This document shows positions 17,145-26,014 of a stretch of DNA of 32,000 nucleotides, in pieces. The notes under the pieces were generated by a model. The model was given only the letters and a program-made list of their open reading frames with translations. It had not been told where the DNA came from and made no database searches. The stretch lies in assembly GCA_030614005.1 (NCBI GenBank), contig JAUWKS010000014.1, forward strand, positions 30,001 to 62,000, in the 5' to 3' direction. Origin of the DNA: Candidatus Heimdallarchaeota archaeon. Lineage in GTDB: Archaea > Asgardarchaeota > Heimdallarchaeia > JABLTI01. Position numbers and translations under genes: made by a program. Positions within the stretch are counted from its first letter, which is position 1; each line of letters starts with the position of its first letter.

Positions 17145-17711
17145 TTGGCATACAAAGTTATTTACACAGTTACAGAAAAATATGATCCAGCAAGAAAAGA
17201 AATTGGCTTGAAAGTGGCTATAAGTGGTTTTGGAGAATACAAAGGAGCTAAAATTAGATTTGCTGAATTCCCAGCACAAGAGGCAACATTTTCAAAAACA
17301 GGATCTTTAACCTTTACAGCGATTGGAAAACCTGGAAATAATTCTCTAGAAATAATAGATAAAAAAACAAATAGAATGTTACAACAAATATCCTCAGTTA
17401 ATGGCAATGTTTTTACTGAGGGTGGAAAGGGACAAGAAATAGTAATTGTTCATTCAACAAAGAAAGCAACAATTACAATTAGTAAAGTTTCAAATTTGAA
17501 GAATGAATTGTTAAGATTGGAAGCTTCACCAAAAATATCATTATTCTTCGGTTTACATCCTGAAACAAAACAACCAATTTATACACAAAAAGCAGACAAA
17601 AAAGGTTCATGTAAATATGACATAACTGGAACAATGTCAGAAAAACATGAAGTGCGGGTTTTAACAGGACAAATGAGTAAAATTGTATCTATTAAACCAC
17701 CGGAACCTTAG
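17145..17711 (+). CDS. Hypothetical protein (basic, beta-rich)
   Basis: A 188-aa ORF filling the gap between the TPR gene and tldD. No motif recognised. Confidence 0.6.
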   Translation: MAYKVIYTVTEKYDPARKEIGLKVAISGFGEYKGAKIRFAEFPAQEATFSKTGSLTFTAIGKPGNNSLEIIDKKTNRMLQQISSVNGNVFTEGGKGQEIVIVHSTKKATITISKVSNLKNELLRLEASPKISLFFGLHPETKQPIYTQKADKKGSCKYDITGTMSEKHEVRVLTGQMSKIVSIKPPEP

Positions 17712-17779
17712 AGTTACATTTTTTTTAATCTTTTAACAAATTGTGCGATTTCTTTTTAAGTAAGTTTCAAGTCTCATAA

Positions 17780-19240
17780 ATGAGAAACTTTGGTAATCAA
17801 ACTAATTTTTGGATGGAACCGAATTTGGATGAAGATTTATATAAACAAGTTTTTGAGATGGCCGCAAAAGAAAATGCCACTTATGTCGATATAAGAGATG
17901 AAGATACACTCTATGCTTCCATTGAAGTAGTTGATGGGAAAGTAGAGAAATCAATGGCAGGATCTGAAGCTGGTATTGGTATACGATTGTTAATAGATGG
18001 TGCTTGGGGTTTTTCCTATGGTTCAAAGGAAAATTACAAAGATGTTTTCAAGATGGCAGTAGATGCCCAAAAGACATCAAAAACACTATCAAAAAGCACC
18101 ATTGAATTGGCTGAGGTTAAACCAATTCGAGATAAAATAATTATTAGTCAGAAAAAACCTTCACAAGACATTGCTTTTGAAGATAAAATGAAGCTTGTAC
18201 TGACTATTGACAAACATATGCTTGATAAGGATAATAAAATCAAAGCTACTCGAACGCGATATGTTGATTTTCTAAGAAGGCAAACCATTGCAACATCGGA
18301 AGGGACTCAAATTTATGAGGAACGACCTTACACATATTTAGCTATGACTCCCACAGCGAAGGAGGGTACAGATACTAACCAAGCTGGTGCACGGGTAGGT
18401 CAAGTAGGTGGATATGAAATTTTTGACGTTGTAAATGTAGAAGAACGAGCTAATAAAGCTAAAGAAAGAGCTATTAAGGGATTAGAAGCCAAACCTGTTA
18501 AGGCTGGGAAATATCCTGTTGTTTTAGATGGTACACTCAATTTCCTATTCGCTCATGAAGCAGCTGGCCATAGTACAGAGGCTGACTTTTTAAGAACTGC
18601 AGGAGTACTTCGTGGAAAATTAGGCAAAACACTAGCAAAGAATTTTGTTAACTTAATTGATGATGGGACTTTAGAATATGTTCCCGGATTTGGTGGACGA
18701 ACGTTTGGATTCATGAAATACGATGATGAGGGTGTTCCAGTTGAACGAACGGAAATTATGAAAAATGGTATATTAAAGACTTACTTAACAGATCGTGCTT
18801 CCGCAGCTCATTTCAACCTAAAACCAACCGGAAATTGTCGAGCAGAATTTTACTCAAGCTTCCCAATTGTACGAATGAGAAATACTTATTTGGAAGCATC
18901 AAAAGACAGTGAACTATCAGAAGAAGAAGTTCTCGGGCAGATAAAAAATGGACTGCTTCTAAAGATAGGTGGTGGTGGCCAAGTAGACCCCATTCGAGGT
19001 ACATTTAACTTCGGTGTTGGTGAAGTGTATGAAATTCACAATGGTGAAATTGGTGAATTACGAAAAGCAACTACTTTATCTGGAAATACTCTCGAGACAC
19101 TTGGAAAGATAATGGGTCTTTCAAATAAGATGGCCGATCCATCTGCGTCAATCGGTTTTTGTGGTAAGGATGGTCAAAGTGCTCCTACTGGTACTGGTGC
19201 TGGTTGGATGTCTGTCAAAGTTATGACTGTTGGAGGTTAA
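17780..19240 (+). CDS. tldD: TldD metalloprotease subunit
   Basis: GIGIRLLIDGAWGF, AHEAAGHSTEAD (HExxGH), DDEGVP, PIVRMRNT, CGKDGQ. The start could alternatively be the ATG of MEPNL. Confidence 0.92.
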   Translation: MRNFGNQTNFWMEPNLDEDLYKQVFEMAAKENATYVDIRDEDTLYASIEVVDGKVEKSMAGSEAGIGIRLLIDGAWGFSYGSKENYKDVFKMAVDAQKTSKTLSKSTIELAEVKPIRDKIIISQKKPSQDIAFEDKMKLVLTIDKHMLDKDNKIKATRTRYVDFLRRQTIATSEGTQIYEERPYTYLAMTPTAKEGTDTNQAGARVGQVGGYEIFDVVNVEERANKAKERAIKGLEAKPVKAGKYPVVLDGTLNFLFAHEAAGHSTEADFLRTAGVLRGKLGKTLAKNFVNLIDDGTLEYVPGFGGRTFGFMKYDDEGVPVERTEIMKNGILKTYLTDRASAAHFNLKPTGNCRAEFYSSFPIVRMRNTYLEASKDSELSEEEVLGQIKNGLLLKIGGGGQVDPIRGTFNFGVGEVYEIHNGEIGELRKATTLSGNTLETLGKIMGLSNKMADPSASIGFCGKDGQSAPTGTGAGWMSVKVMTVGG

Positions 19241-19244
19241 TTAA

Positions 19245-20705
19245 ATGACTTATTTATCATTAGACAAATCTCTTAGTTATGGAATCAAATTTGCAGAAAA
19301 AATTGGTGCAGAAGAAGTAGAAGGTTATAGTTCAAGTTCTAAAGAAATTGAAATTAGTGTTGAGAAAAGTATTCCAACAATTAAAACAGGTGTTTCAACT
19401 GGTGTTTCCTTTAGAGTTGTTAAAAATGGCAATTTGGGTTTTGCATTCACTAAAACATTGACACAAGAACGCTTAGAATCCACCATCAAAGTAGCAATCC
19501 AAAATGCTAATTCCAAAGGTAAGGATCCTGATTTCAAATCACTTCCTCATCCATCTAAAAAACCTGTACAAAATTTCAAGTTTGATAAAAAGCTCGATAA
19601 TTTAACCTCAGATAATCTTGCATCTGACTTAACAACACTCATTAATGCTGTTGATGGAACAAAAGGTTTACATTATCTCCAAGGGCAAATGTTCTTAGGA
19701 ATAGTTGAAGACCACTTAGTTAATTCTCACGGAATAGATATTACTGACAAAGGAGGAGGCTTTGGTGGTTTTGCTGCAGCAATTACTACAAAAGGTTTGA
19801 TACCAAACTATTCTTTTGGTATAAAGGGTGGTCCATCTGTTGCTTCATTTAAAATTGAAGATTTAATTGACGATACCATATTACAAACACAAAGAGCAGC
19901 TGCTCCTCGAACTATGAATATCGAAAAGGAATTGCCAATTATCCTTGAACCTGAAGCTTCTCTTGGTATTATGGGTAGTTTGTTTCGAATTATTACTACA
20001 CAATTAACTGGAAATAATGTTGCTTCTGGTGCTACTCCTTATTCAGATCAAGTAGGTAATCAAATAGCTGTCGAAGGGTTTTCTCTAGTTGATACTGGTG
20101 TGAATCCAAATAAAATTGGCTCTTCAGCTTATGATGCTGAGGGTATATCTCGAGAAGAGACTCTTCTTATCGACAACGGTGTATTGAAAACTTTCCTTTT
20201 AGATAATTATTATGGAAACAAGCTTGGATTAGAATCAAACGGCAAAAGCTCTAGAGTAGGACAATTCGGTTTTGGTGGTGATCCCGTTAAAACACAACCA
20301 AATATCTCGACTTCTTCACTTGAAATCTTGCCTGGTAATTCCTCAAAAGAGGAGATTATACAAGAAACCAAGGAAGGTTTTATGCTACGATCTTTAATGG
20401 GTCTTCATATGTCTGATTTCAGTTCTGGAAGATTTTCTGTTACTGGTTTTGGTTGGTACATTAAAAATGGAGAGATAAAATATCCTGTTCAAGGAGTCTC
20501 TATTTCTGGTGTGCTTCCAGATTTACTCAAAAACATTGATATGATCTCCAAAGAACGTGAATCAATGCTCTTAGGTGACTGTCCATATATTCGGTTCTCG
20601 AGTGTTAAAACGACAGCCAAGAAATTTGATCTCAAAACAAGATTTGGACTTGGAATGTTGAAAATTCTCACCACTCTAAAGATCATGAAAAATCCAATGT
20701 TTTAG
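19245..20705 (+). CDS. pmbA: PmbA/TldE subunit with C-terminal extension
   Basis: GVSFRVVKNGNLGFA, YDAEG, LIDNGVLKTFLLDNYYG, GDFS-like SDFSSGRFS. No HExxH. Lies 4 nt after tldD. Confidence 0.88.
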   Translation: MTYLSLDKSLSYGIKFAEKIGAEEVEGYSSSSKEIEISVEKSIPTIKTGVSTGVSFRVVKNGNLGFAFTKTLTQERLESTIKVAIQNANSKGKDPDFKSLPHPSKKPVQNFKFDKKLDNLTSDNLASDLTTLINAVDGTKGLHYLQGQMFLGIVEDHLVNSHGIDITDKGGGFGGFAAAITTKGLIPNYSFGIKGGPSVASFKIEDLIDDTILQTQRAAAPRTMNIEKELPIILEPEASLGIMGSLFRIITTQLTGNNVASGATPYSDQVGNQIAVEGFSLVDTGVNPNKIGSSAYDAEGISREETLLIDNGVLKTFLLDNYYGNKLGLESNGKSSRVGQFGFGGDPVKTQPNISTSSLEILPGNSSKEEIIQETKEGFMLRSLMGLHMSDFSSGRFSVTGFGWYIKNGEIKYPVQGVSISGVLPDLLKNIDMISKERESMLLGDCPYIRFSSVKTTAKKFDLKTRFGLGMLKILTTLKIMKNPMF

Positions 20706-20718
20706 ATGTATTGCGTAG

Positions 20719-20755
20719 AGGAAAGGTCATGCTTTCCTTTTATTCATCTTTTTAT
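20719..20755 (+). terminator. Hairpin plus T tract after tldD-pmbA
   Basis: AGGAAAG (20719-20725) / CTTTCCT (20732-20738) stem, followed by TTTATTCATCTTTTT. Confidence 0.55.
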
Positions 20756-20851
20756 TGATATTTTGTTTGTTTTGTCCATTGGGAAACTTATTTTAATCTT
20801 ATTTAATGTAATTGAGTCTGGAATGCAGAGTTATATTTTTGAGGTTAAATT

Positions 20852-21442
20852 ATGAATCCTGAAGATGTAGAATTAACTATTGAGCAAAAGGAGTTATTAT
20901 ATCTCATTTCTCGACTTACTGATCATCATAATTGCCCTGATACTTGGGTTAAGGAAACTCCATTACAAGCACTGATGTTTCATGCCATTCGTAAGGGGTT
21001 ATTTAATGATTATGACTATGCACCAATTTCTTCCTCATTTCTTGGACAAGGAAGGAAGTTTGTAAATATTTCAAAAGAAGGCGAAGATGATTTGGGTGAT
21101 CTCAGAGAATTGGGTTTACTTGAAACAATTCGTCTCTCCTCCACTAAGTATGATTATATAACCGGGTATCGTCCAACAACAGAATCTGCAAAGCAATTGT
21201 CGGAATTACCAAACGAAATAAAATCGAGTATAGATACTCTCTTTGATTGTCCGGAATGTAATGAACCTGCTTTTAATCTTGTAATTGATGTTGGTAGCTC
21301 AAGTTTCTTTATGAAATGCAAATCTTGTTCTTATAATGAAGATATTCCATTAGTTGAACCTGAAGATGTATCTTATTCAACCAAAGCTTACTTTTTCAAG
21401 TCTCTTGGAAAACATAGAACCATCGGGGAGGATAACAAATGA
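20852..21442 (+). CDS. Hypothetical wHTH-like protein with C-terminal zinc ribbon
   Basis: DLGDLRELGLLETIRL...ITGYRPT resembles a winged helix plus wing. CPEC and CKSC knuckles. The stop overlaps the next start (ATGA). Confidence 0.7.
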   Translation: MNPEDVELTIEQKELLYLISRLTDHHNCPDTWVKETPLQALMFHAIRKGLFNDYDYAPISSSFLGQGRKFVNISKEGEDDLGDLRELGLLETIRLSSTKYDYITGYRPTTESAKQLSELPNEIKSSIDTLFDCPECNEPAFNLVIDVGSSSFFMKCKSCSYNEDIPLVEPEDVSYSTKAYFFKSLGKHRTIGEDNK

Positions 21443-23226
21443 CTTCTGTTGGGAATATTGGTGATGTTTTGACTGAAGTAATTAAATTGAAGAATGTCAC
21501 AATAGCTTTAGTTGAATGGTTGCCTTTTGACAGAAACCAGCTCTCCGCACTTAATATTAAATTAGATAGTTTGCATAGAAGGCGGGGACATATTGTAACC
21601 GCAGTCAAAGATGATTCACCAGAAAACCTAATCTTTAAAGATAGTGGCATATCGTGCAAAGTAATTGTAGAGGATTTTCAACCATCAGAATATGTTTCGT
21701 TCCGTGCGTATCTCAATTATCCGGAAGATGAAGGTATTATTCAAAACGAAGAGTTAAGTGGGCATATCAACTCTTGGGGAAGGGTAGTCTATGGAGCTGA
21801 TCTCGTTGAGGTCGAAAATGGTTCGGATGGGTGGGTCTCTCTCGATGTTCTTACACGTATTATTGTTGATTTAACAATGGATACCTCGCAAATGATAGAT
21901 TCTCTCTTGACTGAATATCAAAGAAATCTTTTAGATCTGGTATTTATGGATGAATCAAGCAAACGAACAAAGTTTCTGTTAATAATGGCTGATGATATCT
22001 CAGTTCGTCCAGCAACACCTAATGATTTTTTTGATGGAGAGGAGCTACAAAATGAACTTGAACAAGTTATTGGTGTTTTGCACAATGTTGAGATGATCGG
22101 TAATGGTTTTCTTTTTAGAGGAAATACAGGTCAAATTGCAGTTTCAAATAATGTTATAGATTTTGAACAATCTTTGCTTGAGAGAGGTTTTTCTTCAGCA
22201 ATTAAAATGTTCTTGGATGATTATTCAGCAATCATATGGCATTTATGGGATGAATCGCGATTAATAGAGAAAGATATCGATAAAGCTTTACTGGGTGATA
22301 TTACTAGCTTAACAAAAGCACAAAACTGGATTGCTCGAGCGAGTTCGGATGCTATCATGCTGGGTGATATTCTCTCTTATCTTAGGGATAGTATTACTGA
22401 TTTTGTTGATGATTTAACTAAAGAAGACCTTACAAGATTAAAAGATGACCCTATTTTACTTGAATTAAAGCAAATAATGATTGATTCCCAAGTAACAACT
22501 AAACGTGTAAACGACACTCAAAAAGTCATTCATGGTTTGGAATCAAAAATGGTTGCATTGCGTGATTTTTCCAATGCATTAGCAGAAAAGCATATGCGAA
22601 AACTTTCGAATTCTATGGCACAAAACACTAAATCCTTATCCGAAATGACTGAATCCAATAATCGTGCTAGTGATGCATTAAGTATAATTGAATTGATACT
22701 TGCAGGGTCAGTAATTATTGATATTGTATTAGTTTTAGTAGGTGAATATGCAACTCCTAATTGGCCTTGGCTAACGCAACTTTTCAATTCTGGATATGGT
22801 CACCTCATTGTTATGCTTGTAACGGTATCTCTTTGGATCGGTGTTTTCGTATTCCTTCGTCTAAGTAAGAGAAAGCTCGAAAGTACTGCTGTAAAACGCC
22901 AGCTTGGTTCAAATGTCATTGGTAAACGTTGTAATATTGTTGCTCTTGAGAAATTTATTGATAGAAGAAATATCACTTTAAGGAGTACAGAAACAGAAGG
23001 TGACTCTCGTATTGTCACCGTCACTTGCGAACCCCCGGCTAAAAAAGGCCATCCAGACCTTGATTATATAACATTGATATATGATGCGAGTGAACGGTTT
23101 TTGATCCAAATGGATTTTGAAACACCAGACATGACTTTAGATCTTGAAACTTGTTATGAATCTATTCTCAAAGAAATGACCGATGCAGGAGTATTCAATG
23201 ATCTTGATTTTGGGGAAAGTTGCTAA
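21439..23226 (+). CDS. CorA/ZntB-like protein (long soluble N-region, coiled stalk, two TM helices, extra C-terminal domain)
   Basis: A helical stalk leads to ...MTESNNRASDALSIIELILAGSVIIDIVLVLVGEY, then a second TM (LIVMLVTVSLWIGVFVFL). The GMN signature is absent. Confidence 0.6.
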   Translation: MTSVGNIGDVLTEVIKLKNVTIALVEWLPFDRNQLSALNIKLDSLHRRRGHIVTAVKDDSPENLIFKDSGISCKVIVEDFQPSEYVSFRAYLNYPEDEGIIQNEELSGHINSWGRVVYGADLVEVENGSDGWVSLDVLTRIIVDLTMDTSQMIDSLLTEYQRNLLDLVFMDESSKRTKFLLIMADDISVRPATPNDFFDGEELQNELEQVIGVLHNVEMIGNGFLFRGNTGQIAVSNNVIDFEQSLLERGFSSAIKMFLDDYSAIIWHLWDESRLIEKDIDKALLGDITSLTKAQNWIARASSDAIMLGDILSYLRDSITDFVDDLTKEDLTRLKDDPILLELKQIMIDSQVTTKRVNDTQKVIHGLESKMVALRDFSNALAEKHMRKLSNSMAQNTKSLSEMTESNNRASDALSIIELILAGSVIIDIVLVLVGEYATPNWPWLTQLFNSGYGHLIVMLVTVSLWIGVFVFLRLSKRKLESTAVKRQLGSNVIGKRCNIVALEKFIDRRNITLRSTETEGDSRIVTVTCEPPAKKGHPDLDYITLIYDASERFLIQMDFETPDMTLDLETCYESILKEMTDAGVFNDLDFGESC

Positions 23227-23266
23227 AATTGGGCTTAGAATAATAATTCTTTCCCAACTTTCATTT

Positions 23267-24328
23267 TTATTTTTGTCCGCCAAAAAATGCGTCTAATGTA
23301 GGTTGTTTTTTCTGTTCATCAAGAACTTTCAAAGTTTTTTCAAGTGCATTTCTTACTCGAGTTTCAGAAAATCCTCGCTCACCTGAAAGAAAATCAACAA
23401 CTTTATCTATATTTGGTGATTTCCAGTTCAAAGAATAATCAGTGATAATCGGAGGATTAAGAAAAATATCTCTGATTCTTTGAATATCAAAATCGATATT
23501 TGCATCAACCATTTTAGGTAATTCTAAAACAGCCTCAATTTTTTTATGTTCTTTGATGAGTTTAACAGCTGTTTTAGGTCCAATACCGGAAACTCCAATG
23601 CCATCAGGGTTAAAATCAGTTCCAAGCAAAATTGCTATGTCAATCAATTCATCTCGAGTAAGTTCTATTGATTTCAGAGAAGAATCGAGTTCAATTAGTT
23701 CAGGTTTAACCTCAACGTAAATATTTTTCCTTGGAAGCTTTCTTTTACCAGAAATGGTTAGATTTCTAACTAAGCGTGGTGTGCCAAAAAGAAGACTATC
23801 ATAATCTTGAGAACAGCTAGCCCAAACATCTCCTCTTTTAGCCATTGCTGCTGCTTGACCTTCTCCTTCAGATATTGCTTGAATAACGGGAATCCCCATT
23901 AACTCGAGTAATCTTTTTGCATCATTTATCATTGGGGATGTTAATCGAGCAGTTCTTTGAGCATAACGCTGAGCTAATTCCATATCACCTTTTTCGAGAG
24001 CTTCCTGATAAGCAACATCAGCTTCTTTCTTCACTTTTTTACGCTTCATAATTTCTTTTGATTTCTCCTCAGGAGGTTTCCCATCAAAAATAAACACAAC
24101 TTCAATTCCACTTTCAAGAGAACGCGTAACTCTATAGAGAAGTCCAGATAAATGACTCGTAACATTTCCATGCGCATCCGTCAATAAACTGCCGTCTGAT
24201 TGTCGGATTCGAGTCAAAAATTGATATAAAATATTATTTCCATCAAAAGCAATAGCTTTGTCATGAAAGAAATCGAAATTTACTTCTTCACGATTCGGAA
24301 ATAAATCACCTAATTTTGTAACGCCCAT
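23267..24328 (-). CDS. fen: Flap endonuclease 1
   Basis: AFDGNNILYQFLTRIRQSDG, TSHLSGLLYR, FDGKPP, SEGEGQAA, SQDYDSLLFG, GTDFN, GIGPKTA, and PIP box QPTLDAFF. Confidence 0.97.
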   Translation of the reverse strand: MGVTKLGDLFPNREEVNFDFFHDKAIAFDGNNILYQFLTRIRQSDGSLLTDAHGNVTSHLSGLLYRVTRSLESGIEVVFIFDGKPPEEKSKEIMKRKKVKKEADVAYQEALEKGDMELAQRYAQRTARLTSPMINDAKRLLELMGIPVIQAISEGEGQAAAMAKRGDVWASCSQDYDSLLFGTPRLVRNLTISGKRKLPRKNIYVEVKPELIELDSSLKSIELTRDELIDIAILLGTDFNPDGIGVSGIGPKTAVKLIKEHKKIEAVLELPKMVDANIDFDIQRIRDIFLNPPIITDYSLNWKSPNIDKVVDFLSGERGFSETRVRNALEKTLKVLDEQKKQPTLDAFFGGQK

Positions 24329-24442
24329 GATTCAGTCCTCAAGATACCACTCGTTAAAATACTTATTAAACTACTAATTCTATAGGAGTTGTGAATAAAA
24401 GAATCATATATAAGCATTATTTATTACTGAGTTGACTGAACA

Positions 24443-24778
24443 ATGACAGAAAATCGAATTGCTACTTATAACAAACTCGTACGAGATAAGATACCTGAAA
24501 TCATAAGCAAAGATGGAAAAACCTCTGAAATACAGATCGCTAGTAGTGATGATGCATTTCTTACTTTCTTAGGTCAGAAATTAGTCGAGGAATCCCAAGA
24601 GTTCAGTGAAAATAAGGATCCTTCAGAGCTGGCTGATATCTTAGAAGTTATGCTAGCTATATTGCATTTGAAAAAAATCTCTTTCTCTAAATTAGAAAAA
24701 ATCCGTCTAGATAAAAAAGAAGATCGCGGTGGATTTGACAAAAGAATAATCCTATTATCTACAACTGAACCCATTTAA
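24443..24778 (+). CDS. MazG-like nucleoside triphosphate pyrophosphohydrolase (phosphoribosyl-ATP pyrophosphohydrolase-like)
   Basis: YNKLVRDKIPEII, KLVEESQEF, ELADILEV, RGGFDKRIILL. Confidence 0.85.
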   Translation: MTENRIATYNKLVRDKIPEIISKDGKTSEIQIASSDDAFLTFLGQKLVEESQEFSENKDPSELADILEVMLAILHLKKISFSKLEKIRLDKKEDRGGFDKRIILLSTTEPI

Positions 24779-24910
24779 TATTTTAACAGAAGGAATACTT
24801 TTGGTTAACTCCCCTTAGAGAGTCTTCTTTTTACAGCTATACTTCTTGAACTTAGAATCTAATATCACTTGAATGAACTGAGAAGAATATTAAATGCCCA
24901 GGATTATACT

Positions 24911-25270
24911 TTACAGTATTTCTCCTTCAATTGCATTTGTTGTATCCTTAAGATCAAGGAGGAATTTCTTCAGATGTCTATCAACCTTTGCTCGAAATCC
25001 TAACCAATTCTCACCTTCCTTTCGAGGAAGATCTTCCCAAGTGAATGCGTAATGATTTACATGTGGTCTTTGACTTTGAGCGACTTGGTATAGTCTTACA
25101 TTAACAGCTTTCAAGTGTTTTGGATCATTGGCAAAACAATCCGTGAAAAACTCAACTGTGAAGGTAATAATTTGACTTGTCTTGATATCTCTATAGAATT
25201 CTTCTCTACTGTCATTTACTTTCTTTATGTTTGTGTTAAATTTCAGTGGCATTTCAACTATAGTTGTCAT
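24911..25270 (-). CDS. Hypothetical protein (119 aa)
   Basis: ATG start preceded by AGGTGA. No motif recognised. Confidence 0.65.
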   Translation of the reverse strand: MTTIVEMPLKFNTNIKKVNDSREEFYRDIKTSQIITFTVEFFTDCFANDPKHLKAVNVRLYQVAQSQRPHVNHYAFTWEDLPRKEGENWLGFRAKVDRHLKKFLLDLKDTTNAIEGEIL

Positions 25271-25397
25271 ACCTTTTCACCTGCTATCTGTCTCACAATA
25301 GACTACACCCACTCCCCTTCATTTCCAGTGGAACTTTCGGGGGTGCAACATCGCTTGGGTTGCCTAAGCCTATATATGGACAATATAATATTGTAAC

Positions 25398-25469
25398 TAC
25401 TTATCTATAAGTATTTTGGTTTATCTATATAATTAACGTACTATCTATATAGTACGCTGATGGTCTATA
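25398..25469. promoter_or_regulatory. Phased operator-like repeat array in divergent promoter
   Basis: TATCTATA at 25402, 25422 and 25442, plus GGTCTATA at 25462, giving an exact 20-nt period. Three units sit inside inverted repeats. Confidence 0.55.
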
Positions 25470-25530
25470 CTTTTAAATAGAAAGTTATTCTTTATAGTAA
25501 CTACAAGACTAAAAATGCGTGTGAAACAAA

Positions 25531-25839
25531 ATGATTACAATTCAAGAAACCCAAAATAAATTGGTCGATCTAATTAATTCCAGATTGTCTGTAAGACAAA
25601 TAGCAACACCTGGCGTGCAAGGTCCAATGAGAATGCTCGGAGAAAAAATGCTAAATATGTTCGCAGGACAGATGATTTCCGATTCAATGATGGCCGAACA
25701 AAAAGAAGACATCAAAGATGAATTACTAGAAAATGTAATGAGTTCTCTCGCTCTCGCAGGATTACTAGGAATTGATCTTCAACAAGAATTGATAGATGCA
25801 ATATCATTGCTTGAACAAGTCACCGCCGAAGGTGCATAG
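25531..25839 (+). CDS. Small helical protein, degenerate MazG-like fold
   Basis: EDIKDELLENVMSSLALAGLLGIDLQQEL resembles the MazG C-terminal helices (ELADV...LA..LGIDL), but the acidic catalytic residues are altered. Confidence 0.5.
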   Translation: MITIQETQNKLVDLINSRLSVRQIATPGVQGPMRMLGEKMLNMFAGQMISDSMMAEQKEDIKDELLENVMSSLALAGLLGIDLQQELIDAISLLEQVTAEGA

Positions 25840-26014
25840 AGCTCTTAAATATTTTCCGAAATTTTAAGAGATCTAATATTTCATTATTGATCCTAAAATT
25901 TAGGAGTGGTTTTATTCATTTAGATATTGTTTTTGATGATAAAACTTTGATTTTGGATTGAGCACACAAAAAGCTTTTAGAAAGAAGCTAACTTTTAAAG
26001 TAAGGTACACATTA

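Noticed and set aside
25300-25370. Cobalamin or TPP riboswitch identity for the GC-rich leader (CCCCCG, CCACTG, GGGGTGC words)
   Set aside because: The core elements (GGGAA..GGTG.AA.TCC for cobalamin; CTGAGA for TPP) are missing and the element is too short. It is kept only as an unknown structure.
25398-25469. Mini CRISPR array
   Set aside because: The period is only 20 nt with an 8-nt repeat, far below CRISPR repeat plus spacer dimensions.
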